Assembly: GCA_963422595.1 (NCBI GenBank)
Contig: OY730298.1
Coordinates: 524,109-588,108 of the forward strand
Direction: 5' to 3'
DNA length: 64,000 bases
From: Gammaproteobacteria bacterium
GTDB taxonomy: Bacteria > Pseudomonadota > Gammaproteobacteria > UBA4575
Shown here: positions 1-9,924 of the stretch, in pieces
Position numbering within the stretch: position 1 is the first letter of the stretch
Layout: every line of letters starts with the position of its first letter
Program-made: the position numbers and the translations under genes
The notes under the pieces: model-generated
What the model was told of the DNA's origin: nothing
Databases searched by the model: none
Seen by the model: only the letters and a program-made list of their open reading frames with translations

Positions 1-136
1 CTGGGCGAGGAAGCGCTTACGGCGAGATAGCCGCAGGAATATAATAGTATAACGCTCGTAAAAGAGCGGAAAAGATAGCCGTGTATCACGTACGAGCACA
101 TTAGGCAGGCAAGTTCATTAGCTTGAGGCAGCAATA

Positions 137-1516
137 ATGATCTGTAATAGACGATTTGAAATAAAAAATCTGGGAGTCATCAAGAGCGGATCTTTTGAAG
201 TGAAGCCGCTTACTCTTTTTTGCGGCCCGAATAATAGCGGTAAGACCTGGGCAATGTATTCGCTATATTCTTTTCTAGAGTATACTTTATCGCTGGGTCC
301 GTCTATACCGAAAGAGATTATCAACGCGCTGCGGGAGCAAACATCATACCAATTTAACATTATTGATTGGCTACAAAGCAAGAGTGAAGAAATTGTTGAT
401 GGTTACAATATACAGGTTTCAAAATCCCTGCCTGAATTGTTTAATATTCCCTCTAAAACGTTTCAGGACGCATCTTTTGGTTTGGTAATGGATACTGATG
501 ATTGGACACACGCTCTACAGACTTCACAAAAGAGAACATATACACATAAGAGCAAGAAAGGGACCGTGCGTCTCGTGAAGTCTGAAGGTGAAGAAATCAT
601 TGATATTTTTCATCAGGGAGCAAACGAGTATTTGCTGGAGCGTAGTGTAGCGGATTTTTTAGAAAAATTTATTGCGAATTGGCTGTTTCCGGGTATTGAT
701 AGTGCCGATATTTTCCTGATGCCTGCCGAGCGCAATGGGCTGCATTTATTTTTCCGTGAACTTAGCAGTCGCCGCACGGCATTACTGCATCATGCCTCCA
801 AAGAAAATATTGATATTCGTGAATTACTGCGTGACGTCATAAGTTCCCGTTACGCGGTTCCAATCGCTGATTATATTGACTGGCTGAATAATGTTGCAGA
901 AATAAAAAAAACAGGCAAGGGCGAATTTCACAATTGCGCGGAGAAATTGAAAAAATTGGCTGGCGGTGTGTATAAAGTTGATGCGAGGACCAGCGACATT
1001 ACCTTTAAGCCTTATCAGAAACAACGTGATGGTAAATCAACCAAACCATTAGGGCTGCATACTACATCCAGCGCAGTAAAGAGTCTGTTCGGGCTGTGGT
1101 TTTACCTGGAGCATCAGGCAAAACCAGGGGATACATTGATGATTGACGAGCCAGAACTCAATATTCACCCTGAAAACCAGCGTAAGTTAGCGAGGTTTTT
1201 CGCCACGCTGGTCAATGCCGGCTTAAACATAGTGATCAGCACCCATAGCGATTATATGGTGCGTGAGTTCAATTCACTTATTATGCTAAACCGGGATAAG
1301 GACAAAAAGCTGCGGGAAAAACATGATTATGCTGAAGAGGAGGTGTTAGAACCGGAAAAGGTCGGCGCCTATTTGTTTGACAAGCAAAAAATAGAGGCGT
1401 TTGAAATTACGTCAGAAGACGGTATTTACGCCACGACGTTTGATGATGTGATTCGTGACCTGAATAGGGTCAACAACGATATCTACTACAGTTTGAAGGA
1501 AGCGCAAGATGAGTAG
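137..1516 (+). CDS. ABC-type/AAA_15-AAA_21-like ATPase (Septu PtuA / PARIS AriA / OLD-like ATPase class)
   Basis: N-terminal IKNLG, Walker A GPNNSGKT, PAER motif, signature-like TTSSAVKS, Walker B LMIDEPELNIHP, H-loop ISTHS. Confidence 0.85.
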   Translation: MICNRRFEIKNLGVIKSGSFEVKPLTLFCGPNNSGKTWAMYSLYSFLEYTLSLGPSIPKEIINALREQTSYQFNIIDWLQSKSEEIVDGYNIQVSKSLPELFNIPSKTFQDASFGLVMDTDDWTHALQTSQKRTYTHKSKKGTVRLVKSEGEEIIDIFHQGANEYLLERSVADFLEKFIANWLFPGIDSADIFLMPAERNGLHLFFRELSSRRTALLHHASKENIDIRELLRDVISSRYAVPIADYIDWLNNVAEIKKTGKGEFHNCAEKLKKLAGGVYKVDARTSDITFKPYQKQRDGKSTKPLGLHTTSSAVKSLFGLWFYLEHQAKPGDTLMIDEPELNIHPENQRKLARFFATLVNAGLNIVISTHSDYMVREFNSLIMLNRDKDKKLREKHDYAEEEVLEPEKVGAYLFDKQKIEAFEITSEDGIYATTFDDVIRDLNRVNNDIYYSLKEAQDE

Positions 1517-2090
1517 AAAACTCATTGAGTTATTTCAACGGTCTATTGGCAATAAGTTTCATTTAGACAGGGAAGATAGAAATTGGCTGCTTCATGAGAA
1601 TAATTGTAAGATAAAGTTGAAGTCTCCTGATAAGTACTCGCTTGGCTTTAGTCTGGATCGTAACAGTAAGCCCTCTCCTTTTCCTTTTTTCACATCTAAT
1701 CCGCCATGCGACATCGCTAAAATGTGTGATGCAATCATCGCGTTATCGTATAAAGGTAAGGCTTATATATTTGTTATCGAGCAGAAAACGGGAAATAAGG
1801 GTGAGTATTATAAGCAACTAACTAATGGTAAGTATTTTTGTGATTGGTTGCTGGCGTTGTTAAACCAGCATAAGCATTATAGCGACACACCTATTTTCAT
1901 CGGCCTGCTATGCTGGGAGCCTCGTGATAAGTCTCCTCGCAAAGGCCCAACAACACATGGGAGTAATGGGAGTACTATAAAGAAAGAACAGCATACATTG
2001 CTTAGTGAGCCTACATTGTTTAAGGCACTTTACGAAATCCAAAACCAGGAAGAAATCTACTTACAGGAATTGATAGGTGGCAATGGCTAA
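1509..2090 (+). CDS. Hypothetical protein with PD-(D/E)xK nuclease-like motif, coupled to the upstream ATPase
   Basis: KMCDAII...FVIEQK...KQL motif; start overlaps the ATPase stop by 8 bp. Confidence 0.6.
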   Translation: MSRKLIELFQRSIGNKFHLDREDRNWLLHENNCKIKLKSPDKYSLGFSLDRNSKPSPFPFFTSNPPCDIAKMCDAIIALSYKGKAYIFVIEQKTGNKGEYYKQLTNGKYFCDWLLALLNQHKHYSDTPIFIGLLCWEPRDKSPRKGPTTHGSNGSTIKKEQHTLLSEPTLFKALYEIQNQEEIYLQELIGGNG

Positions 2091-2473
2091 TTTGATGGTG
2101 CATGCAGAGCACACCAACAAAAGACTGCATCTATACTGTTAAGCAGGGCAAGACCAGCGATTTTGCCTTCGATTAAATTTATACACCCGATCCCAATTAG
2201 CTATGACCTGGCTTGTTCATTGAGAGAAGCATCATTTTCTGTCGTTAAGAAGCTTAAAGCGTTAAGACCCCATTATTGTGGCGTGAAATGCGGCGTTTGC
2301 AATCACGAAGTGGGTTTCATTGCTCGTGGTGGTGCAGGAAGAATGTGAGAGCTTTTTTATTCTGGTCTATACTCTCTAACTACATATTATCCTGTTCATC
2401 CTGTATATCCATGTTTGTATTCTTTGTGCTCATCATTCAGATGCAGAAGCAAACCTCGTGTCGGGCTTATTGA

Positions 2474-2992
2474 TTGGTGAAAACTAAAAACATCATCCTC
2501 ATCGGAGCGATGGGGGCCGGAAAGTCCACGGTGGGGCAACGACTGGCGGAAAAACTTGGCGCACAATTCTTTGATAGCGACAAGGTAATAGAACAAAGAA
2601 CCGGAGTCGATATTCCTACCGTTTTTGAATATGAAGGTGAAGATGGCTTTCGGAGCCGGGAAGCAAAAGTCCTGCATGAGTTATGTCAATTCAAAAATAT
2701 GGTACTTGCAACTGGCGGTGGAGCCGTTCTTTCAAAAAACGTCAGAAACCTGTTATCGGCAAAAGGCACGGTGTTTTACTTAAAGGCCTCTATTGATACA
2801 CTTTTTAACCGCACCCGGGGCAGCACCAAACGTCCGTTGCTTGAAACCTCAAACAAACGACAGAAAATTACTGCCTTAGCGCGACAAAGAGAATCGTTTT
2901 ATCAGGAAGTGGCAAATCATGTGATTACCACAGATCATCACACTCTTGACGAGATTGTGAATCAAATTCTAAAACACATCGAAAACAGATAA
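2474..2992 (+). CDS. aroK: Shikimate kinase
   Basis: IILIGAMGAGKST, GEDGFRSRE, ATGGGAV, RPLL; directly upstream of aroB. Confidence 0.97.
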   Translation: MVKTKNIILIGAMGAGKSTVGQRLAEKLGAQFFDSDKVIEQRTGVDIPTVFEYEGEDGFRSREAKVLHELCQFKNMVLATGGGAVLSKNVRNLLSAKGTVFYLKASIDTLFNRTRGSTKRPLLETSNKRQKITALARQRESFYQEVANHVITTDHHTLDEIVNQILKHIENR

Positions 2993-3010
2993 CTCCAATG
3001 GCAATAAAAC

Positions 3011-4114
3011 ATGCACAAACCTGCCCGATTAATGACCACTCTTGAAGTGCAGCTGGACAAACGCAGTTATCCGATTTATATCGGTGAAAATATACTGGCG
3101 GCGCAATACCTGGAAAGGCATATACACAGTGAAACAGTGTTTGTGGTCAGCAATGAAAAGGTCGCATCTCTATACCTGAACACGGTTTTGGATAACTGCC
3201 AGAAACGTCTTTGTCATCACCTGATACTTCCGGATGGAGAGGCTTATAAATCGTTAGACACCATGAACCTTATCTATAGTGCCTTACTGGAGAAGCGTTG
3301 TGATAGAGACACCACCTTAATTGCCTTAGGAGGTGGCGTAATCGGCGACCTCACAGGTTTTGCAGCAGCTACCTATCAGCGTGGTGTGAATTTCATTCAA
3401 ATTCCAACCACGCTACTTGCCCAGGTAGATTCTTCAGTAGGGGGCAAAACAGGTGTCAATCATAAATCAGGTAAAAATATGATCGGTGCCTTTTATCAAC
3501 CACGTTGTGTCATCGCCGATCTGACCACTTTAACTACCCTGAATGATCGGGAACTTCGCGCGGGTATAGCCGAGATCATCAAATATGGCCTCATACGCGA
3601 CGCCGATTTTTTTGATTGGCTGGAACAAAATATGGCTACGTTAATGGCACGTGATACAAAGGCCCTGGCATATGCCGTACATCGTTCATGCAAAAACAAA
3701 GTTCAAATCGTCGCTGAAGATGAGCTGGAACAAACCGGAAGACGGGCGTTGTTGAATTATGGTCATACCTTTGGGCATGCCATTGAGACCGGCACAGGAT
3801 ATGCAGGCTGGCTGCACGGAGAGGCCGTTGCCTGTGGCATGCTGATGGCGGCGGCCTTATCCGTTAAACTTGGATGGTTAGCCAGGCAGGACTATGCGCG
3901 CGTACATAACCTGCTGGAAGTTGTCAAATTACCCCGACAACCACCGCGAGACATACACGTTGACGAGTTTATAAACATCATGGCGACGGATAAAAAATCA
4001 CGTGCTGGGAAACTGCACCTTGTCTTACTCAAAGGAGTAGGAAATGCGGTGCTGACCACAGATTTCCCAACCGCTTTTTTAGAAGACGTATTACGGGTAT
4101 TTTGTAAAGCCTGA
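3011..4114 (+). CDS. aroB: 3-dehydroquinate synthase
   Basis: GGGVIGDLTGF, PTTLLAQVDSSVGGKTG, LNYGHTFGHAIE, WLHGEAV. Confidence 0.98.
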   Translation: MHKPARLMTTLEVQLDKRSYPIYIGENILAAQYLERHIHSETVFVVSNEKVASLYLNTVLDNCQKRLCHHLILPDGEAYKSLDTMNLIYSALLEKRCDRDTTLIALGGGVIGDLTGFAAATYQRGVNFIQIPTTLLAQVDSSVGGKTGVNHKSGKNMIGAFYQPRCVIADLTTLTTLNDRELRAGIAEIIKYGLIRDADFFDWLEQNMATLMARDTKALAYAVHRSCKNKVQIVAEDELEQTGRRALLNYGHTFGHAIETGTGYAGWLHGEAVACGMLMAAALSVKLGWLARQDYARVHNLLEVVKLPRQPPRDIHVDEFINIMATDKKSRAGKLHLVLLKGVGNAVLTTDFPTAFLEDVLRVFCKA

Positions 4115-4118
4115 ACCC

Positions 4119-5309
4119 ATGCGTGCGTCATCCCCACCTGGTTTCAACCATGATACTCCGCGGCCGGCACTGACCGCGTATGCTGCGCAAGAAGCTTCTT
4201 CAAAAGGCCGCCAATATCCTGAGTCCGCAGCCGCGTATCGTGGTGAATTTCAACGCGACCGCGAACGCATCATTCACTGTGCCGCTTTTCGCAGACTGGA
4301 GTACAAGACCCAGGTATTCGTTAATCATGAAGGTGACTTGTTTCGCACGCGGCTCACGCACTCTATCGAAGTCGCGCAGATTGCCCGCGCCATTGCCCGC
4401 GCGCTAAATCTTAACGAAGACCTGTGTGAAGCGATAGCGCTTGCGCATGACCTTGGCCACACGCCATTTGGACATGCTGGGCAAGATGCGCTTAATGAAT
4501 GTATGCGTGAACATGGTGGATTTGAGCATAATTTACAATCTTTACGGGTAGTAGATAAGCTCGAACTTAAATATCCACAGTTCCCTGGCCTTAATTTAAC
4601 CTTTGAGACAAGAGAAGGCATTCTTAAGCATTGTGCACGCAAAAATGCTGAAAAACTTGGAGCGTTGGGGCAGCGTTTTTTATTGCGATTACAACCGAGT
4701 TTAGAGGCACAGCTAACCAATATTGCAGATGAAATCGCCTACAATAACCACGATATTGATGACGGACTACGCGCCAACCTGATAACGGTTGAACAGTTGA
4801 GTGAAATCGAGTTATTTAATCAACACTTCGCCAGCGTGGCAAAGGAATTTCCGGATATCAGCGAGCGTAGAAAAATATACGAGTCCATTCGTCGTATTAT
4901 AAATGATCTGGTCACTGATTTAATCGACGCCAGTAGTCGGGAAATCGTTCAGCAGAGCCTTGTCAGCATTGATGACGTTCGCGTCTTCCCAAAACCATTG
5001 ATACGGTTTAGTGAAACGACGCTGGCAAAAAACCGCGAGCTAAAATCTTTTTTACGCAAAAACTTATACAGACATTATCGAGTGCATAGAATGAGTCAAA
5101 AAGCCAGGAAAATAATATTCGATTTATACACTGCCTTTTACGACGATATTCATCTTATGCCGGACGAATACCGTAATTACGCGATGGCAGCCCAACAAAA
5201 TAAAGGAACTGGTGGGCTTGCGCGAGTTGCGGCAGACTATATTGCAGGTATGACGGACAGATATGCAATTGTAGAACACGAGCGTATATTCAATGTCAAA
5301 ATCATCTGA
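4119..5309 (+). CDS. dgt: Deoxyguanosinetriphosphate triphosphohydrolase (HD family)
   Basis: FQRDRERIIH, RTRLTHSIEV, LAHDLGHTPFGHAG, DYIAGMTDRYA. Confidence 0.95.
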   Translation: MRASSPPGFNHDTPRPALTAYAAQEASSKGRQYPESAAAYRGEFQRDRERIIHCAAFRRLEYKTQVFVNHEGDLFRTRLTHSIEVAQIARAIARALNLNEDLCEAIALAHDLGHTPFGHAGQDALNECMREHGGFEHNLQSLRVVDKLELKYPQFPGLNLTFETREGILKHCARKNAEKLGALGQRFLLRLQPSLEAQLTNIADEIAYNNHDIDDGLRANLITVEQLSEIELFNQHFASVAKEFPDISERRKIYESIRRIINDLVTDLIDASSREIVQQSLVSIDDVRVFPKPLIRFSETTLAKNRELKSFLRKNLYRHYRVHRMSQKARKIIFDLYTAFYDDIHLMPDEYRNYAMAAQQNKGTGGLARVAADYIAGMTDRYAIVEHERIFNVKII

Positions 5310-6711
5310 AAATATTCGTGGCCCGAAGACGATGGCCAGGTCGGATGTCTTGTCGCCGCAATGCCTTGAAAAATCAGGGCTGGCCGAAAACCCATTTACA
5401 AGCCATGCTAAAGCCCCGCTCATTTTTGTTGATAAACAGCTTGAAGAGTCCATCAACGGGCTGGTGGAGCACTTACAAAATCAAAATTCCACCGTGATAT
5501 TGGTGGGAGAAGCAGGTGTTGGTAAAACTACGCATTTACGCATGCTGCTTAGAGAAGGCCGTCAAAAATTTAATTTTTGTACTATCAGAGCCAGGCTCAG
5601 CACCTCTTTTGCTGAGATTGAAAAAAAAATTCAGGAACGTTGGCAACTACCAGCGGCACTGAAACAAGATGCTGGCCATCCCATACAAAGCCACGAATAC
5701 GTCAAACGATACATAGAAGCCGGTAACCATCCGGTACTGCTCATAGACGACGCGCAGCGGTTACAAGATCAAGTGCTGGATGCCACCTTACAACTGAAAC
5801 ACCGTGTTGGGCTACAGTCTTCGCAAGTGTTGGGGCTGGTACTGTCCGCAGAATCAAACATTCAAAAGCAACTCTCTACACTTGAGCAAACGCACGCTGC
5901 GACAGCACCAACTTATCAGGTTACTGTACAGAAATTTGATGTCACCCGGTGCGAAAAATATATCAGTTATCGGTTGAAACAAGCTGGGGCGGCGCATACA
6001 GACCTGTTCAGCCGCAAACAACTGAAGAAGTTTTATGTCAGCTCCAAAGGCTTGCCCGGAATAATAAACACCCTGGCGTGCGCGACGCTTGCGGCACGAT
6101 GCCGGCAACCTTCCCGCAGGCCGGTCACGGCGCGCCTGGGATCGATTTTAGCGGGGTTAATCGGTCTCGCCTTCATCGCTGGAGTATTGATAAACAAACC
6201 TCAGGAAGCCGTTGCACCCGATACTGGTAAGTCAGTACTGGAACCAGCAGCCGAGCCTGAAATTGAGGCGTCTGCAACTGTCGAAGACGAAGCATCTCCG
6301 GTAAGCGCACCCAAAAAAGCTACGCAACCGTATGCCACCCTAGCCGCTCCATTAGCACCCCTGCAAACGAACGGTGCAACAGACACCAACTCAAAGCAGG
6401 CAGAAACCATAGCAGCAAAGCAACCACTATCGTCCAGATGGTTACTCACCCAAGACCCAGAGGCGTACACTATACAAATCGCCTCATCACAGAACCGGGA
6501 ATACCTGTTTGTGCTGGCCAAAAAGCATTTAAACAATAAACCAAACGCTTACTACCAAAGCAGAACTAAAACATGGTTTATCCTGGTGTATGGAATTTTT
6601 CCCTCTCATGAAGAAGCTCTTGCCGTGATAGAGACACTACCTGCTGAACTTCGGAAATATAGCCCTCACCCATTGCAACTCAACAAGATTCAGCAAGTCA
6701 TACGTCAATAG
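5293..6711 (+). CDS. ExeA-like AAA domain + TM + SPOR domain protein (DamX-like)
   Basis: Walker A GEAGVGKT, LLIDDAQ, TM segment, Pro/Ala linker, C-terminal YTIQI...WFILVYGIF SPOR pattern; typical position after aroB. Confidence 0.8.
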   Translation: MSKSSENIRGPKTMARSDVLSPQCLEKSGLAENPFTSHAKAPLIFVDKQLEESINGLVEHLQNQNSTVILVGEAGVGKTTHLRMLLREGRQKFNFCTIRARLSTSFAEIEKKIQERWQLPAALKQDAGHPIQSHEYVKRYIEAGNHPVLLIDDAQRLQDQVLDATLQLKHRVGLQSSQVLGLVLSAESNIQKQLSTLEQTHAATAPTYQVTVQKFDVTRCEKYISYRLKQAGAAHTDLFSRKQLKKFYVSSKGLPGIINTLACATLAARCRQPSRRPVTARLGSILAGLIGLAFIAGVLINKPQEAVAPDTGKSVLEPAAEPEIEASATVEDEASPVSAPKKATQPYATLAAPLAPLQTNGATDTNSKQAETIAAKQPLSSRWLLTQDPEAYTIQIASSQNREYLFVLAKKHLNNKPNAYYQSRTKTWFILVYGIFPSHEEALAVIETLPAELRKYSPHPLQLNKIQQVIRQ

Positions 6712-6734
6712 ATGGTCTCCCTGTTAAACCCCTG

Positions 6735-8453
6735 ATGCCCACAAGAATTCCGCAGACCTTCATTGATGAGCTAATCACCCGGACCGATATCGTTGAGCTT
6801 ATAGATAACTACGTGCCGCTAAAAAAGAAGGGCAAAGAATATATTGCCTGCTGCCCATTTCACAATGAAAAAACGCCTTCTTTTACGGTCAGTCCGGACA
6901 AACAGTTTTATCATTGTTTTGGTTGTGGCGCACATGGGACGACATTGGGATTTTTGATGGAGTATGAGCGCTTGGACTTTATTGAAACAGTTGAGATCCT
7001 CGCGCAACGCCTGGGCCTCGAGATCCCCGTAGATGCGGCATCAGTTATTAAACATGATTATCAGGACTTGTTCATTATCCTTGAACAGGCGAACGTGTAT
7101 TATCAAAAGATGCTGCGTCGGCATCGTGGTGCCATCCAGTACTTAAAAAAACGTGGCATAAGTGACGAGGTTGCGGCTAAATTTAGCCTGGGTTTCGCGC
7201 CAGATAGTTTTGATAGCCTACTCAATCAATTTGCCAACGCTGCCACAGAAGCACAGTTACTTAAGGCAGGTTTAATAAAAAAGAACGACAAAGGCAATCA
7301 ATACGATCGTTTGAGGAATCGGATCGTGTTCCCCATTAAAAATCGGCGTGGACGGGTAATTGGATTTGGTGGCAGGGCGTTAGGTGATGATACACCGAAG
7401 TATCTGAATTCCCCTGAAACACCGATATTTCATAAAGGTGAAGCCCTATACGGTTTATATGATGCGCGCAAAATAAAAGAATCCACGCAATCGATATTTG
7501 TAGTAGAGGGCTACATGGACGTCGTTGCGCTAGCGCAACACGGCATTGAAAATGTAGTCGCCACTCTTGGCACCGCCACCACTACACAACACATTCAACA
7601 GCTATATCGATATACGCCGGAAATAATATTTTGTTTCGATGGTGATCGCGCTGGCCGGGATGCCGCGTGGCGTGCGGCCCAACAAACCATTCCGCTATTC
7701 AAAGATGGACTGGAGGCGAAGTTTTTATTTTTACCTCAAGGCGAAGACCCGGACAGCTTGATTCGTTCACGTGGCAAAGCAATATTCCAACGATACGTAG
7801 AAGATGGCCAGCCTTTATCTGCGTTTATATTTAAAAAGTTAAGCGAGAATACTGACGTTCGCACTCCTGCAGGAAAAGCCAGACTCGCGCAAATAGCGAA
7901 GCCACTATTAGAGAAATTTCCTGGCGGGGTGTTCAAAAAATTAGTCTTTGAAGAGCTGGAAAAAAAAGTTGGCGCCCCAATTTACTACAGTGCAACTACC
8001 GTTCGGCAAAAAAAAACTCATACTGCCGGGGTGGTGACACGCAAAGTATCTCCAGTTCGACTGGCAGTTTCGGCATTGTTACGTCAGCCCTCGTTGGCTT
8101 CAGAGATAAGCTCCGTAGCGGAACTGGAAAAGTCTGCCATTCCTGGCGTACCCTTGCTGACAAAAATTATTTCTATCTGGCAACATGAGCCTTCCCTTAA
8201 CCACGCCGCATTGATTGAGCGGTTTCGCGGTCATCGGGAAGAGTCACAGATACAAAAATTAATGACCTGGCAGCCCCCGGAGCTGGAGAATCCCGGGCGG
8301 GCATTTGTGGACGCCATGGCCTGGGTTTTTCGTCAAATACGCAGCGCGCGCGTGCAGGAGCTTATCAAAAAAGAAAGCACCAGTGGTTTAAGCGAAGATG
8401 AAAGGCAGGAGTTTAGAGACTTACTGCACCGAAAGCCCCAGGTAACGCCTTAA
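6735..8453 (+). CDS. dnaG: DNA primase
   Basis: Zn finger CPFHNEKTPSF...CFGC, KYLNSPET, TOPRIM VEGYMDV and FCFDGDRAG. Confidence 0.98.
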   Translation: MPTRIPQTFIDELITRTDIVELIDNYVPLKKKGKEYIACCPFHNEKTPSFTVSPDKQFYHCFGCGAHGTTLGFLMEYERLDFIETVEILAQRLGLEIPVDAASVIKHDYQDLFIILEQANVYYQKMLRRHRGAIQYLKKRGISDEVAAKFSLGFAPDSFDSLLNQFANAATEAQLLKAGLIKKNDKGNQYDRLRNRIVFPIKNRRGRVIGFGGRALGDDTPKYLNSPETPIFHKGEALYGLYDARKIKESTQSIFVVEGYMDVVALAQHGIENVVATLGTATTTQHIQQLYRYTPEIIFCFDGDRAGRDAAWRAAQQTIPLFKDGLEAKFLFLPQGEDPDSLIRSRGKAIFQRYVEDGQPLSAFIFKKLSENTDVRTPAGKARLAQIAKPLLEKFPGGVFKKLVFEELEKKVGAPIYYSATTVRQKKTHTAGVVTRKVSPVRLAVSALLRQPSLASEISSVAELEKSAIPGVPLLTKIISIWQHEPSLNHAALIERFRGHREESQIQKLMTWQPPELENPGRAFVDAMAWVFRQIRSARVQELIKKESTSGLSEDERQEFRDLLHRKPQVTP

Positions 8454-8604
8454 AAGAATTGCGAAAACGATAGCTTCGACATAGCCGCGACCATAAGGGA
8501 GAATCTGGCGCGCGCGTATCCCGTCGCTTCGAATCAGGCATTTGATTGAGTATGATAACGATGCTCGATTTGAGATGCTGATTCATCTAAGCGTGGACGT
8601 TCGA

Positions 8605-9159
8605 TTAGGATGGGCGTTGTAAATCAGCCTCTATCTGCTCGCGCTTTTCGGTGCCCACCAAACAGGCAATGATTTCCAGCGCAAAATCCATCGCGGTACC
8701 AGGTCCGCGCGAAGTTAATATGTTTCCATCTCGCTGCACTGCGGCATTAGTCACTTCAGTAGTATTGAGATCAAGCGCATCCAACACCCCAGGGTAAGCG
8801 GTGGCCTTTTTGTTTTTTAGCAGACCTGCGTTCGCCAGGACTTTTGGTGCTGCGCAAATCGCGCCGACGGGTTTGTTGCTGTTTACAGTGCGCTGTAAGA
8901 TTTGGTGGATGCGATTATCCTCGTCCAGATGGTCAGCGCCTGGCAGCCCGCCTGGCAACACCACCATATCAAACTCCCGATCCACCACATTATGCAGGCT
9001 GGTATCGGCGATAATTTTAGTGCCGCGCGAGGCGACGACCGGCTGTTCATCCAAACTCGCGGTAATTACGTCTATATCTGCTCGCCGCAGCAAGTCGATA
9101 ATAGTAACTGCTTCTAATTCTTCGCAACCCTGGGCGAGGGGGACGAGTACGCTTGCCAT
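8605..9159 (-). CDS. DJ-1/PfpI family glyoxalase (YajL/ThiJ-like)
   Basis: EELEAV, LPGGLPG, AICAAP, TSRGPGTA. Confidence 0.93.
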   Translation of the reverse strand: MASVLVPLAQGCEELEAVTIIDLLRRADIDVITASLDEQPVVASRGTKIIADTSLHNVVDREFDMVVLPGGLPGADHLDEDNRIHQILQRTVNSNKPVGAICAAPKVLANAGLLKNKKATAYPGVLDALDLNTTEVTNAAVQRDGNILTSRGPGTAMDFALEIIACLVGTEKREQIEADLQRPS

Positions 9160-9911
9160 TGTTTCGCTTTTGCTATTTCAATTAATTTGCTGACTGTTAC
9201 TAATTGTACATCTTGTTTATCAAGTTGTGAAAGTTCCTGGTCTAATACAGACATAGTTGTACCGTAAGGGTGACCAATGGCTAACGCGTAACCTCGCCGT
9301 TCAGCAATTTTCACCAAGAGTCTTATTTGGCGTTTGACAAACTCTTCATCATTAAGTTTTGTGTCAAGAAACACGTCACGCTGTAAATTTGGAATGTGAT
9401 ATCGACTGGCACTTTGACCCGCTACGCTACCAGTTGTAGTTTTACTATCAATAAAATAGAGATAATCATCCCGACTCGCGATGGTTTGCATTAACTGCTC
9501 CATTGAATCCACATGACGTGTTAGCAAACTTCCCATGTGGTTACTAATTCCACGTGCGAACGGTATCGCATCGATACTGGTATTAACCGCTTGCGTGAAT
9601 TCCTGTTTAGTCATGTCCATGGTCAATGCCCCATAGCCCAGCGGTTGCGGTTTGGTTGCCTGCATAGGTAGGTGCACCAAAATTTCTTTATCGTTCTGAT
9701 GCGCCAGTTTCGCTAAGTGCACAGAGTAAGGTCGTGCCGGAAGAATTGAGTACGCCAGCGGCCATTCGGAGTTAATTACACGTTCGCCAAAACGGAGATT
9801 ATGGCCAATATCATCAATGATGATGGCGATAGCGGCAGACTCCGCATGTGCCCAGTGCAAAGGTATTACCAGGCACAGACCAGCTACAATTAACTTATAC
9901 AAAGACATCAC
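9114..9911 (-). CDS. Divergent polysaccharide deacetylase (YibQ-like)
   Basis: IAIIIDDIG, HLPMQ, NHMGS, FIDSKT, RDVFLD, AIGHP; follows ctpA. Confidence 0.9.
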   Translation of the reverse strand: MMSLYKLIVAGLCLVIPLHWAHAESAAIAIIIDDIGHNLRFGERVINSEWPLAYSILPARPYSVHLAKLAHQNDKEILVHLPMQATKPQPLGYGALTMDMTKQEFTQAVNTSIDAIPFARGISNHMGSLLTRHVDSMEQLMQTIASRDDYLYFIDSKTTTGSVAGQSASRYHIPNLQRDVFLDTKLNDEEFVKRQIRLLVKIAERRGYALAIGHPYGTTMSVLDQELSQLDKQDVQLVTVSKLIEIAKAKQWQAYSSPSPRVAKN

Positions 9912-9924
9912 GTTACATGTATGG

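Noticed and set aside
1-30. 3' end of an upstream CDS (LGEEALTAR-stop)
   Set aside because: Too short to support or identify
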